Position numbers and translations under genes: made by a program. A stretch of DNA of 64,000 bases from a virus. Taxonomy: Duplodnaviria > Caudoviricetes. Below are positions 18,966-26,470 of this stretch, piece by piece. The DNA is taken from the IMG/VR virus record IMGVR_UViG_3300007965_000002, positions 1-64,000 of that record. One strand, written 5' to 3'. The notes under the pieces are model-generated. The model searched no databases and had not been told where the DNA came from. It worked only from the letters and a program-made list of their open reading frames with translations. Each line of letters starts with the position of its first letter. Position 1 is the first letter of the stretch.

Positions 18966-19161
18966 CATGGAACTATACTGTAAAGCAGATAAGGTAATGC
19001 GCTCGTCTACTACAAAAGAACAATTAAAGGTAGCCTTTGAATATATTAAGTTAGCTAGACGAGCTAGCTCCAAGGAGTGGGAAGTACACTATAAGGAAAT
19101 GTTAGCTCTTTGTAAAGAAAAGTATGCTAGTGCTGAATTTTGGGGTAAAGTTTCATGGTAA
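18958..19161 (+). CDS. hypothetical protein
   Basis: GGAGG RBS. Confidence 0.6.
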   Translation: MNNMELYCKADKVMRSSTTKEQLKVAFEYIKLARRASSKEWEVHYKEMLALCKEKYASAEFWGKVSW

Positions 19162-19556
19162 ATAAAAAATATATGAAAGAAGAAGAAAGATTACTACTGT
19201 ACCATATGTTACAACTAAAATCTCTAGTTAATAGAGGTAAGGCTTCTAGAGGTATATGTTTTTATGCGCGTAGATACTCAAAACAATTATTTCCTTACTT
19301 TACTACTTGGGTACATTTTAGTGGTAGTACGACATGGCCAATACGCTCTACTGATAAGCATCTTACGGATTCATCTATGTGGACTTACGCATCTGGGTAT
19401 AATCGACTAATGTGGGAGGGAGATTATGGAACTTTACGTAAAGACTTACTAGACCATGTTATTAAAGAGCTATTAGCTAAAACTAGGATACAACCTAAAT
19501 ACGATGTTAGATACTGGTTATTCCGTATACAAAGGAGTTTGGCATGGACGAGCTAA
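19155..19556 (+). CDS. hypothetical protein, paralog family W-x-GEYG-x-LR
   Basis: YFTTWVHFSG..WP, MWEGDYGTLRKDLLDHVI. Confidence 0.7.
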   Translation: MVNKKYMKEEERLLLYHMLQLKSLVNRGKASRGICFYARRYSKQLFPYFTTWVHFSGSTTWPIRSTDKHLTDSSMWTYASGYNRLMWEGDYGTLRKDLLDHVIKELLAKTRIQPKYDVRYWLFRIQRSLAWTS

Positions 19557-19666
19557 TGGACAGACTTTTAGAACTACAGTCTATTAGAAACAAGCTAATA
19601 GAAGATTTAGACAGTATCAATGAAGAAATTGAACAAGTACGTGCAGAAGCAGAGGAATATTTATAA
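19544..19666 (+). CDS. small acidic coiled-coil protein (40 aa, not in ORF track)
   Basis: AAGGAG RBS; MDELMDRLLELQ...AEEYL; TAATG-coupled to the next ORF. Confidence 0.6.
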   Translation: MDELMDRLLELQSIRNKLIEDLDSINEEIEQVRAEAEEYL

Positions 19667-20133
19667 TGAAAAGATTACAAAAGATGCGAGCAATTAATCC
19701 TGCATTAGAAACATTAGCTTCGTTAACGCTAGACCAAGGGATTACCAATGAACAACACGTTATGCAAATAGCTAGTGATATATTTGCAGCAACAAACGAT
19801 ATGGAAGTATTCAAGTATACATATCGTCACCTGACTATCCTACGCTTATGGGCATTGAAGAAACAGAAATATGAGTCTGGCATCTATAAGGGTAAACGAG
19901 TATTTGCTACACGAGATTCAAGTAAGCATGTAGTCTCTGTGCTGAAAGCACAGGGTTACAATGTTAAGTTCCCTAATAACTTAGATTTCTTACACAACCT
20001 ATTCCGTGAACATAAGATTACTAAGTTTGCAGAGTTTAAAACAATTATACAAGAACGTAGTCCAGCTATCTTTGGTACTTATGCACAAATGCAGATAGAT
20101 GCTATGCTAGAGTATGGACATTTAGGAGAGTAA
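19666..20133 (+). CDS. hypothetical protein
   Basis: Operonic ORF. Confidence 0.65.
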   Translation: MKRLQKMRAINPALETLASLTLDQGITNEQHVMQIASDIFAATNDMEVFKYTYRHLTILRLWALKKQKYESGIYKGKRVFATRDSSKHVVSVLKAQGYNVKFPNNLDFLHNLFREHKITKFAEFKTIIQERSPAIFGTYAQMQIDAMLEYGHLGE

Positions 20134-20134
20134 A

Positions 20135-20833
20135 ATGTTAGTATATGTAAATAGTAAACACTTCTATTTTAATGGTGAATTGATTAGTATAACTAAGTCT
20201 ACATGTATTGAGATATATCAAGCAGATAACGTAGTTGTTCTAAACTTCATGCTATTAAACGAACAACGCACATATCAAACAAAGTTTGTATATCAAGAAA
20301 TATCTAAGGCAGTAACTGAAACCAATATAATGAGAAGATTAGCTGGTAAAGGCTCTGATGCGTATGTTGGTAGAAGCTCTGAAGCATATAAACTATATTC
20401 TAGAGTAATTGAGGCTGCTAGAGCTATTAGAGGAGGATTCTCACTAAGTAGAGGTGAGTATAATAGTCATGAGTTATACTTAATAGATAACTATCTGCGT
20501 TTTAAAGGTAAACTACCAGAAGTAGAAGCGAAGGGTAGAAGTGAAGGACTAAAAGAGCAAATAGATAAAGCAATGGAGAATGAAGTGGAAGAAGTAGAAC
20601 CAATGGATAAGTGGGTTAAGAGATTAGCTAGTCTGATATATGTGCAACATATGGGGTACATTAACAAGGATACTGTAGCTAATTATATTAGTAAAAGATT
20701 CCCAACCCCACATAATAAGAGAGGTATACGTTGGGAAGAAGATATGAGAACAATGGTAGAACTAGCTAGCCTAGACTTAATAACTAAGCATGAGCTACAT
20801 GAGTTCGTAGATAAGTGGGTGAGTAATGTTTAG
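20135..20833 (+). CDS. hypothetical protein, tandem paralog 1
   Basis: N-terminal M..Y.N...F.F domain shared with the next two ORFs. Confidence 0.7.
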   Translation: MLVYVNSKHFYFNGELISITKSTCIEIYQADNVVVLNFMLLNEQRTYQTKFVYQEISKAVTETNIMRRLAGKGSDAYVGRSSEAYKLYSRVIEAARAIRGGFSLSRGEYNSHELYLIDNYLRFKGKLPEVEAKGRSEGLKEQIDKAMENEVEEVEPMDKWVKRLASLIYVQHMGYINKDTVANYISKRFPTPHNKRGIRWEEDMRTMVELASLDLITKHELHEFVDKWVSNV

Positions 20834-21263
20834 ATATATTAATAGAAACACATTCGAATTTGGACAACACAGATTCCTATCTAGTATAGGTAGTTACAAC
20901 ATTATGCGTAGCGGATGTGATGTAACTTTAAGCTTTACAGACCATAAGGAGATTGTAGTAACTGTATCATATGGCAGTGCAAAGGATGCATTACTAGTTC
21001 AAGGTTGCTTACGTATAGCTACTCGTGGTAGAAAGTTGGACGAGGATATTATCTTCCTACTAGTGCAACGTATGCTTGAGGGTACTGACGAAGAGTTTAG
21101 AGATTGTAGTAACTACCGTGTATATTATAATTGTGCGGAAACATTATATGTAATAGATGCATCAGCTATAGAACTTCATAAGAAGCTAGTAGTAGATAGT
21201 TACGCAAAGGAAATAGATAAAGTTAGTAAAAGATTCGATATATCAGATTTGGGGGTAGAATAA
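20826..21263 (+). CDS. hypothetical protein, tandem paralog 2
   Basis: MFRYINRNTFEF... Confidence 0.7.
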   Translation: MFRYINRNTFEFGQHRFLSSIGSYNIMRSGCDVTLSFTDHKEIVVTVSYGSAKDALLVQGCLRIATRGRKLDEDIIFLLVQRMLEGTDEEFRDCSNYRVYYNCAETLYVIDASAIELHKKLVVDSYAKEIDKVSKRFDISDLGVE

Positions 21264-21715
21264 TGTTTACATATTTAAATCACAACTCATTCATATTTAT
21301 GGATACTAAAGTTAACCCTAATATGGGTAGCGCTATTAGAGTTATTAGGAATGGTAATACTATTACACTAGTGCATAATATCTCTGATGACCTAGTATAT
21401 GAGTATCCTTTAGAGTCGGAAGCTATCATAGTTCAAAAGGCTATGTTAATTGCTTTTTCAGGGAATAAAGATTTTGCTAATACTATACTAGATTTAGTTA
21501 ATAATATGCGAGTAGATATTATCACTAGAAGATTAGTCAAACACTGTCCCGTAGGATATTGTGCATTTACCTTGCTAGAGTATACTAAGGAGATGCGTGA
21601 GATAAAGGAGGCTACTCTAGAACAACAAGAGTTAGTTAATAAACCTAAAAGAAGAAAGCCCAAAGAAGAGCTTAATAAAGAGTGGGGAACACCCGCTGGT
21701 ATGGAGTTAGATTAA
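21263..21715 (+). CDS. hypothetical protein, tandem paralog 3
   Basis: MFTYLNHNSFIF... Confidence 0.7.
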   Translation: MFTYLNHNSFIFMDTKVNPNMGSAIRVIRNGNTITLVHNISDDLVYEYPLESEAIIVQKAMLIAFSGNKDFANTILDLVNNMRVDIITRRLVKHCPVGYCAFTLLEYTKEMREIKEATLEQQELVNKPKRRKPKEELNKEWGTPAGMELD

Positions 21716-22539
21716 TGATTAATGATTATTTAGCAGGTGGTTGGTCAGTAGAGCCAGTCAACATTATACTTGATAAAGACAAATTCGCTAGTATTAGAGA
21801 ATTTGTTGATATAGCAAAAACTCATGCAATATATATTATGTTGAGTGAAGAAGATAGGATTAAGTTGCTTTCAGGGGATGGGGATGATATTAAAATATAT
21901 CAGCTACAGCAAACAGTAGCACCACTTTGGAACTCAAAAGGTGTGTATAGTCAAGGTAAGAATAGTTCTAAACCTAACTATGATATTGTAGCATACAAAG
22001 CACAAGTTGGAACATTTAAACGTGTATTTAATGTAGAGTACTTAAAGCAATCTGATGCGGCTTTACTTCTAGACCCTAAACATGTATATACAGATGGTAA
22101 ACTAAGACCTTATATAAAGAAGTTATGTGTTGTTCACACAGCTAATAACAACTTTGTAATAACAACACATCAGATAGTTAGAGATTATGCAGAGAATGCA
22201 GAAGCGGATACTAAGCTAGATGAAATACCAAAGTTCACTCCTTTTATACTAAATACAGATAATAAGTTCTTAAAGTATTTTAGTTGGTCTTGTCCTGTGG
22301 GATATACTAAACTAATGGAGGATATAAAGAACGCTCTTCCATATATTGATAAGTATGATTCATCTATAATTATAGACGATACAGACTTCCCCGAAGAAGC
22401 AACTAATAATACCACAGGGTTAGACCGTATCTCGGAGATTACTATTAACCGTAATCTAGTGAAGATAGGATATATAATCTCTACTGAGATACCCGTTCTT
22501 ATTGCAAAAACATGTATTGACAAAAATATGGAATCCTAG
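21715..22539 (+). CDS. hypothetical protein (274 aa)
   Basis: TAATG coupling suggests ATG 21715 rather than the track start 21682. Confidence 0.65.
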   Translation: MINDYLAGGWSVEPVNIILDKDKFASIREFVDIAKTHAIYIMLSEEDRIKLLSGDGDDIKIYQLQQTVAPLWNSKGVYSQGKNSSKPNYDIVAYKAQVGTFKRVFNVEYLKQSDAALLLDPKHVYTDGKLRPYIKKLCVVHTANNNFVITTHQIVRDYAENAEADTKLDEIPKFTPFILNTDNKFLKYFSWSCPVGYTKLMEDIKNALPYIDKYDSSIIIDDTDFPEEATNNTTGLDRISEITINRNLVKIGYIISTEIPVLIAKTCIDKNMES

Positions 22540-22545
22540 TAAAAT
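22517..22545 (+). promoter_or_regulatory. sigma70 promoter firing into the non-coding/terminal-repeat region
   Basis: TTGACA-17-TAAAAT. Confidence 0.65.
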
Positions 22546-22621
22546 ATATACTTAGCAGAAAAGCGAGACTTCTGCAATCACTAAACCCCCGAACTAGAGA
22601 GGGGTGAAGGAGGTGGGGTGA

Positions 22622-22762
22622 ATGAACCGACGACAGTCGACTCGAGTGATTCGCCCCAACCTACCAAACACTCTCTATCTAATACAAAAGAAAAGAGCCA
22701 AGTCCAAGCTTGGACTTAAATACGCTTTATGGCTCTTTACGTCTAAAAATAGACTTACCTAA
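22622..22762 (+). CDS. candidate 46-aa basic peptide (or part of a structured ncRNA)
   Basis: AAGGAGGT 7 nt before ATG; MNRRQSTRVIRPNL...KNRLT. Confidence 0.35.
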   Translation: MNRRQSTRVIRPNLPNTLYLIQKKRAKSKLGLKYALWLFTSKNRLT

Positions 22763-22866
22763 AAAATTTACAGCAACATTGAAAGCTTCCGATTCCGCTA
22801 AGAATTAGAAGCCCTTTTCAAAAAACAGACTACCTTAAAAAACAGACTTGCCTAAAAACAGACTAC
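22745..22866 (+). repeat. short direct repeats AAAAA(C/T)AGACT(T)(A/G)CCT
   Basis: Copies at about 22745, 22820, 22837 and 22855. Confidence 0.7.
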
Positions 22867-22924
22867 TCTTATTTTGAACATCATTTCCTGAAAAAGCAAC
22901 TCCAAACTTCCGCTTCACCCACTT

Positions 22925-23075
22925 CTAGCAATTACTTATAGATCTTGCACTAATATAGGTTTTGCACTTATACACCACAATTCCCCCTTGTTCTACAATT
23001 CTAGCAATTCCCCCTTATTCTACAATTCTAGCGATTCCCTTTGTTACATAATTCTAGCTCAATTGCTTTTTAGGG
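22925..23075 (+). repeat. tandem repeats (CT)ACAATTCTAGC(A/G)ATTCCCC
   Basis: 3-4 imperfect copies. Confidence 0.7.
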
Positions 23076-23350
23076 ATTACTCTAATTAGCTTCGGGTACC
23101 GCTTTGTTGCTTTCCGGGATAAAAATGAGCCTGGTATGCAATTTTGAGATAGTCCAAATCTCCGATTAGCTCTATTTATCCCTGAAAAGCAACCCAACGA
23201 ACCTAGTCCGCCTCGAATATCTCCCAAAAAGTCCAAATAACTCCAAATATCCCTGAAATAGCACTTTCTAGCTAGTCCAGCGAGTCACAGTGGTGAAGCC
23301 ACTGAATCCCGCTAGTCCCGGTGCACGTAATGTGAAATTCTGCTTTACAG

Positions 23351-23480
23351 ATCGGTTTCGCACTGGCGCAGGGTAGATTTTTATTTTTTGACCAAAATTT
23401 ATTTAGACTACACGTTCGGATTCGCACTTAGTCGGTTTCGCACTAGTAACCCTCGGTTTTGCACTTATCGGTTTCGCACT
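23351..23480 (+). repeat. five copies of TCGG(T/A)TT(C/T)GCACT
   Basis: At 23351, 23415, 23431, 23452 and 23467; a related copy at 22955. Confidence 0.8.
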
Positions 23481-23520
23481 AAAGCGCCGAGCTGCGCTCA
23501 CCGCCACGTGCATTCACGCT

Positions 23521-23600
23521 GGACGTCTAGCCATCCAGACTTCTAGCCGTCTAGCCATCTGGACGTCCAGCCATCTGGCCATCTAGACGTCTAGACGTCC
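23521..23600. promoter_or_regulatory. array of 10 tandem in-phase met boxes (MetJ operator-like)
   Basis: GGACGTCT AGCCATCC AGACTTCT AGCCGTCT AGCCATCT GGACGTCC AGCCATCT GGCCATCT AGACGTCT AGACGTCC; consensus AGACGTCT. Confidence 0.85.
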
Positions 23601-23609
23601 GCAAAGTTG

Positions 23610-23656
23610 AATACGAATCATTCTCATTCCCACCTTGAATGCGAATCATTCTCATT
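23610..23656. promoter_or_regulatory. two Fur boxes
   Basis: AATACGAATCATTCTCATT (23610-23628) and AATGCGAATCATTCTCATT (23638-23656). Confidence 0.7.
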
Positions 23657-23672
23657 TCGATTACGATTAGCA

Positions 23673-23730
23673 GTTTACGTAAACGTCAATATGCGTTTTT
23701 TCTAATGTTTACCTTTACGTAAACGTCAAC
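23673..23730. promoter_or_regulatory. three LiuR-type boxes
   Basis: GTTTACGTAAACGTCAAT (23673), GTTTACCTTTACGTAAAC (23707), CTTTACGTAAACGTCAAC (23713) versus sTTkACGTwwACGTmAAs. Confidence 0.65.
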
Positions 23731-23772
23731 TAAGTTATACAAAGTTATCCACACTGTTATACATTATCCACA

Positions 23773-23788
23773 TGGCACGTTAATTGCA
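23773..23788 (+). promoter_or_regulatory. sigma54 -24/-12 box
   Basis: TGGCACG-TTAA-TTGCA. Confidence 0.75.
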
Positions 23789-23845
23789 TAATCCCTGTAA
23801 AGCAACCTAACGAGTTATCCACAACTTATTAACAGGGTTATACCA

Positions 23846-23861
23846 CTGTATGTTTATACAG
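23846..23861. promoter_or_regulatory. LexA (SOS) box
   Basis: CTGT-ATGTTTAT-ACAG within the palindrome TACCACTGTATGTTTATACAGTGGTA. Confidence 0.75.
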
Positions 23862-24043
23862 TGGTAGTAACATGTGGATAAGTGTAAACGTCCATTTTAA
23901 GGGGTCTAAATGGCTCTGTAAGTTGCTTTCAGGGATGGGCTATATATTAGGTGGTACTAGATTCTATAGCCTGGAGGGATTATATTAGATTTACCTGTTA
24001 TAGCGTGTAAACGGCGAACTACACGCGCAAGCGTGTAGTCCTA

Positions 24044-24097
24044 TGCAAGAATCATGCCAACTATTTTTCGACGCGGTGAATGAGAATAGTTCTCATT
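24044..24097 (-). promoter_or_regulatory. composite module: sigma54 box, GC motif, Fur box
   Basis: Reverse-complement TTGGCATGATTCTTGCA (24044-24060); GACGCGGTG; AATGAGAATAGTTCTCATT (24079-24097). Confidence 0.75.
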
Positions 24098-24107
24098 TGA
24101 CTTTATG

Positions 24108-24398
24108 CTAACACTGGAAATAAATTCTGTCTACTCCTTCTAGTATATTCATTTCTTCTAATATACCATAGCCTATTGGGGCTAATTTCTTAAAGTCCTG
24201 TACTGTAAATTGTGCTACTTCACAATAAGATTCGGCCTCTATATTGTCTAGCTCTATAGTAGATTCTAGAAGTAAATCATGCCATTTATCCCTAGGGTAC
24301 GCGCATAAAAACATACCCAAATTTATATCTAAGATAGTTAATTTTTCAACACTAGAATTTTTAATACTTCCTAGTCGTGCGTTATTAGAATAGCTCAT
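24108..24398 (-). CDS. pre-early hypothetical protein
   Basis: Operonic ORF with GGAG RBS. Confidence 0.65.
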   Translation of the reverse strand: MSYSNNARLGSIKNSSVEKLTILDINLGMFLCAYPRDKWHDLLLESTIELDNIEAESYCEVAQFTVQDFKKLAPIGYGILEEMNILEGVDRIYFQC

Positions 24399-24592
24399 TT
24401 TAAAAGCTCCTTAAGTTTAGGTAAATTAGCACGCCCTAATTTATTTCGGGCGTGATCTACGTTGGCACGTTGTCTAGTGATGCGCTTTTCAATATCAGAT
24501 TTTTCATCTAATATGCTGGCTAGCTTGCTGCAAGCAAATTCGTATTGTTGCAGCAAGTATAAATAGCGCTTTTCTTTATTTGATAGGCTCAT
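24395..24592 (-). CDS. pre-early coiled-coil protein
   Basis: Coupled ORF. Confidence 0.65.
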   Translation of the reverse strand: MSLSNKEKRYLYLLQQYEFACSKLASILDEKSDIEKRITRQRANVDHARNKLGRANLPKLKELLK

Positions 24593-25032
24593 TATCCAAA
24601 CTCCACTAATGCTAGCAATTCACATTCTGCGCCCATTTCATCCTCGTTATACTGTACAGCTTCTAGGTGGTTGAAAATATCCTCGTCAAATGTTTCCTGA
24701 TAGCATTCGGTATAATCGATTGAGCAGTTTGCAACCTGTTCGCGGTTAAATTCTGCTCTAGCTTTTTCGCTGTAACCTACTCGAGTTTTTGCCTTGGCTA
24801 GTGTTTGCTCGGTAAGCCAAGTACCAATTGAATTAGAGTAATCCATTGCAACGCTTTTAGTAGATACGAAAATCGGAGCAGGGGAAGCCATAGATCTAAC
24901 TAGTCCAGTGTTTAGTTGTACTGAATGGCCGATAACAATAGTTCTATTATTATCGTGAAACGATTTGGCTGAAAAGTCTATTTTATCACCACAAAGAGAT
25001 ACAGATTGGGTAGCGCGGTTTGAGTTTTTCAT
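24592..25032 (-). CDS. pre-early hypothetical protein
   Basis: Follows the 50-nt leader repeat and a promoter. Confidence 0.7.
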   Translation of the reverse strand: MKNSNRATQSVSLCGDKIDFSAKSFHDNNRTIVIGHSVQLNTGLVRSMASPAPIFVSTKSVAMDYSNSIGTWLTEQTLAKAKTRVGYSEKARAEFNREQVANCSIDYTECYQETFDEDIFNHLEAVQYNEDEMGAECELLALVEFG

Positions 25033-25079
25033 AATTTTGAATCCTAGCTTAGTGGGTTGAAATTATTTTCTTACCCGAC
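25030..25079 (-). repeat. 50-nt identical leader/RBS repeat (second copy 25913-25962)
   Basis: CATAATTTTGAATCCTAGCTTAGTGGGTTGAAATTATTTTCTTACCCGAC occurs twice. Confidence 0.9.
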
Positions 25080-25085
25080 CAAATA

Positions 25086-25113
25086 AGTATATCACACTGA
25101 CAACTGGTAGCAA
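25086..25113 (-). promoter_or_regulatory. pre-early promoter
   Basis: TTGCTA-16-TATACT with extended -10 TG. Confidence 0.6.
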
Positions 25114-25123
25114 GTAATCTTTT

Positions 25124-25179
25124 AGCCGTCTAGACGTCCAAACCCAAAATCGGCGCAGCGAATGAGAATCATTCTCATT
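25124..25179. promoter_or_regulatory. met-box pair plus perfect Fur box
   Basis: AGCCGTCT AGACGTCC (25124-25139); AATGAGAATCATTCTCATT (25161-25179). Confidence 0.75.
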
Positions 25180-25206
25180 TAGCTTTGCGTTAACAGTGAA
25201 CTTCTA

Positions 25207-25458
25207 TTATTCAAATTCCACTAATGCTAGTAGTTTGACAATTTCATTAACACTTTGTGAACAATTGTACTTATTAGCATCTGCTAATATACCCGCTAAA
25301 TCCTCCAAATCGTAAATTCGATAATGATAACAAAACTCATAATTTTTAACTTCTGGCTTTGTTACCGAAATGTTACAATAACAATCAATTTCGTTATCAC
25401 AGCCATGTAAGTATAGTTCAACCATTACACCCCCAGAAAAGCAACAAAGCGATAACAA
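25207..25458 (-). CDS. pre-early hypothetical protein
   Basis: ORF; the true start may be the internal MVELYLHG. Confidence 0.55.
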   Translation of the reverse strand: MLSLCCFSGGVMVELYLHGCDNEIDCYCNISVTKPEVKNYEFCYHYRIYDLEDLAGILADANKYNCSQSVNEIVKLLALVEFE

Positions 25459-25603
25459 TCACCACGCCGCAACAATTAAGTAACTCAACAGCCATACGTT
25501 CTGATAATCCTAGTTTTAACGCTACCATATCAATTAAACAATTCATTAAAATGCCCCCGCAAAAAGTGCTGCCATGATGAACGTAAACATAAGCTTTGAC
25601 CAA
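25418..25603 (-). CDS. small membrane/lipoprotein-like ORF
   Basis: Hydrophobic C-terminus; start uncertain. Confidence 0.4.
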   Translation of the reverse strand: MVKAYVYVHHGSTFCGGILMNCLIDMVALKLGLSERMAVELLNCCGVVIVIALLLFWGCNG

Positions 25604-25734
25604 CCAGCCTTAAAGTCGTTTGTACCTATTGAACGAGCTATACCGATTACGCCACACAAAGCCGCTAAAATAGTTAATATTAATACTAGCATGATTATCA
25701 CCTCTAGGCTAGCCCGTAGGCTAGCCTTATCCAA
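25546..25734 (-). CDS. small membrane protein
   Basis: Two TM helices; probable start MLVLIL after GAGGTG. Confidence 0.55.
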   Translation of the reverse strand: MDKASLRASLEVIIMLVLILTILAALCGVIGIARSIGTNDFKAGWSKLMFTFIMAALFAGAF

Positions 25735-25735
25735 G

Positions 25736-25915
25736 TTAAGTAGTTGATTTAGTGGTTAATGGCACCATTTGCATTTGTGAAAATATAGCTGCTAATTCGT
25801 CACGCTCAAGTGTAACAACTACCCCCGAGTCTGTTTGCAATTTAATCACCTGCTGACCTTTCAGTGTTCTGTGTTGAACCATGTAAACGACTTCTTGCTT
25901 GCCTGAAATAAACAT
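25736..25915 (-). CDS. pre-early hypothetical protein (59 aa, not in ORF track)
   Basis: MFISGKQEVVYMVQHRTLKG...; starts at the 50-nt leader repeat. Confidence 0.65.
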   Translation of the reverse strand: MFISGKQEVVYMVQHRTLKGQQVIKLQTDSGVVVTLERDELAAIFSQMQMVPLTTKSTT

Positions 25916-25968
25916 AATTTTGAATCCTAGCTTAGTGGGTTGAAATTATTTTCTTACCCGACAAAGAC

Positions 25969-25996
25969 AGTATAGCACACTGATAAATCATATCAA
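25969..25996 (-). promoter_or_regulatory. pre-early promoter
   Basis: TTGATA-16-TATACT with extended -10 TG. Confidence 0.6.
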
Positions 25997-26249
25997 CTAT
26001 TTATTTGGTCTAAAATGAAAAACATTGTTCTTACCAGGAACCAACCAGGGTTACCGGCAGGTAAACCTGCCCAGCCAGCCAGCCTAGGCAAATATACCTA
26101 TTTCTTGCAAAAGTCGCTTAAATCGCTGTTTTGGCGGCTTCCTGTCGGTGGATAATGTATAAGGGCTGTTTCAATGATTTTTTTATCCACAGGTTATTAA
26201 CAGGTTATACATTATCAACAGGGTTTATAGGCCACCAGCAACATTTTGA

Positions 26250-26266
26250 CAATGGTAAGACCAATT
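26250..26266. promoter_or_regulatory. PdhR-type operator
   Basis: CAATGGTAAGACCAATT versus AATTGGTAAGACCAATT (15/17). Confidence 0.6.
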
Positions 26267-26348
26267 GACCAAGTTATCCACAAAATTATTTTGTTTAATG
26301 TATAACTCACCTGTTAATAAGTCTAGACTTATCCACAAGTACCACACA

Positions 26349-26447
26349 TGCAAGAATCATGCCAAAAAATTTTCGGCGCGGCGAAATGAGAATGATTCTC
26401 ATTTGCATTCAACCCAGTGAGCTACCAGGATGAGAATGATTATCATT
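26349..26447 (-). promoter_or_regulatory. composite module copy 2: sigma54 box, GC motif, two Fur boxes
   Basis: TGCAAGAATCATGCCAA (26349-26365); GGCGCGGCG; AATGAGAATGATTCTCATT (26385-26403); GATGAGAATGATTATCATT (26429-26447). Confidence 0.75.
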
Positions 26448-26470
26448 TGCATATGCAAGTTTGCTAATAC

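Larger units (their letters stand above)
23745..23881. promoter_or_regulatory. DnaA box cluster 1 (4 perfect boxes)
   Basis: TTATCCACA at 23745, 23764 and 23815; TGTGGATAA at 23873. Confidence 0.85.

Noticed and set aside
23351-23480. CRISPR array
   Set aside because: Units are 13-14 bp with 1-50 nt irregular gaps, there are no spacer-sized unique sequences, and no cas genes are present.
24463-24480. Additional sigma54 box TTGGCACG
   Set aside because: It lies inside a CDS and lacks the -12 TTGC.
25991-26003. IHF site TATCAActatTTA
   Set aside because: It matches the consensus but is likely by chance in AT-rich DNA and coincides with a promoter -35.
26147-26175. dif-like site (GGTGGATAATGTATA)
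   Set aside because: It resembles the XerC arm and spacer, but the conserved XerD arm TTATGTTAAAT is absent.
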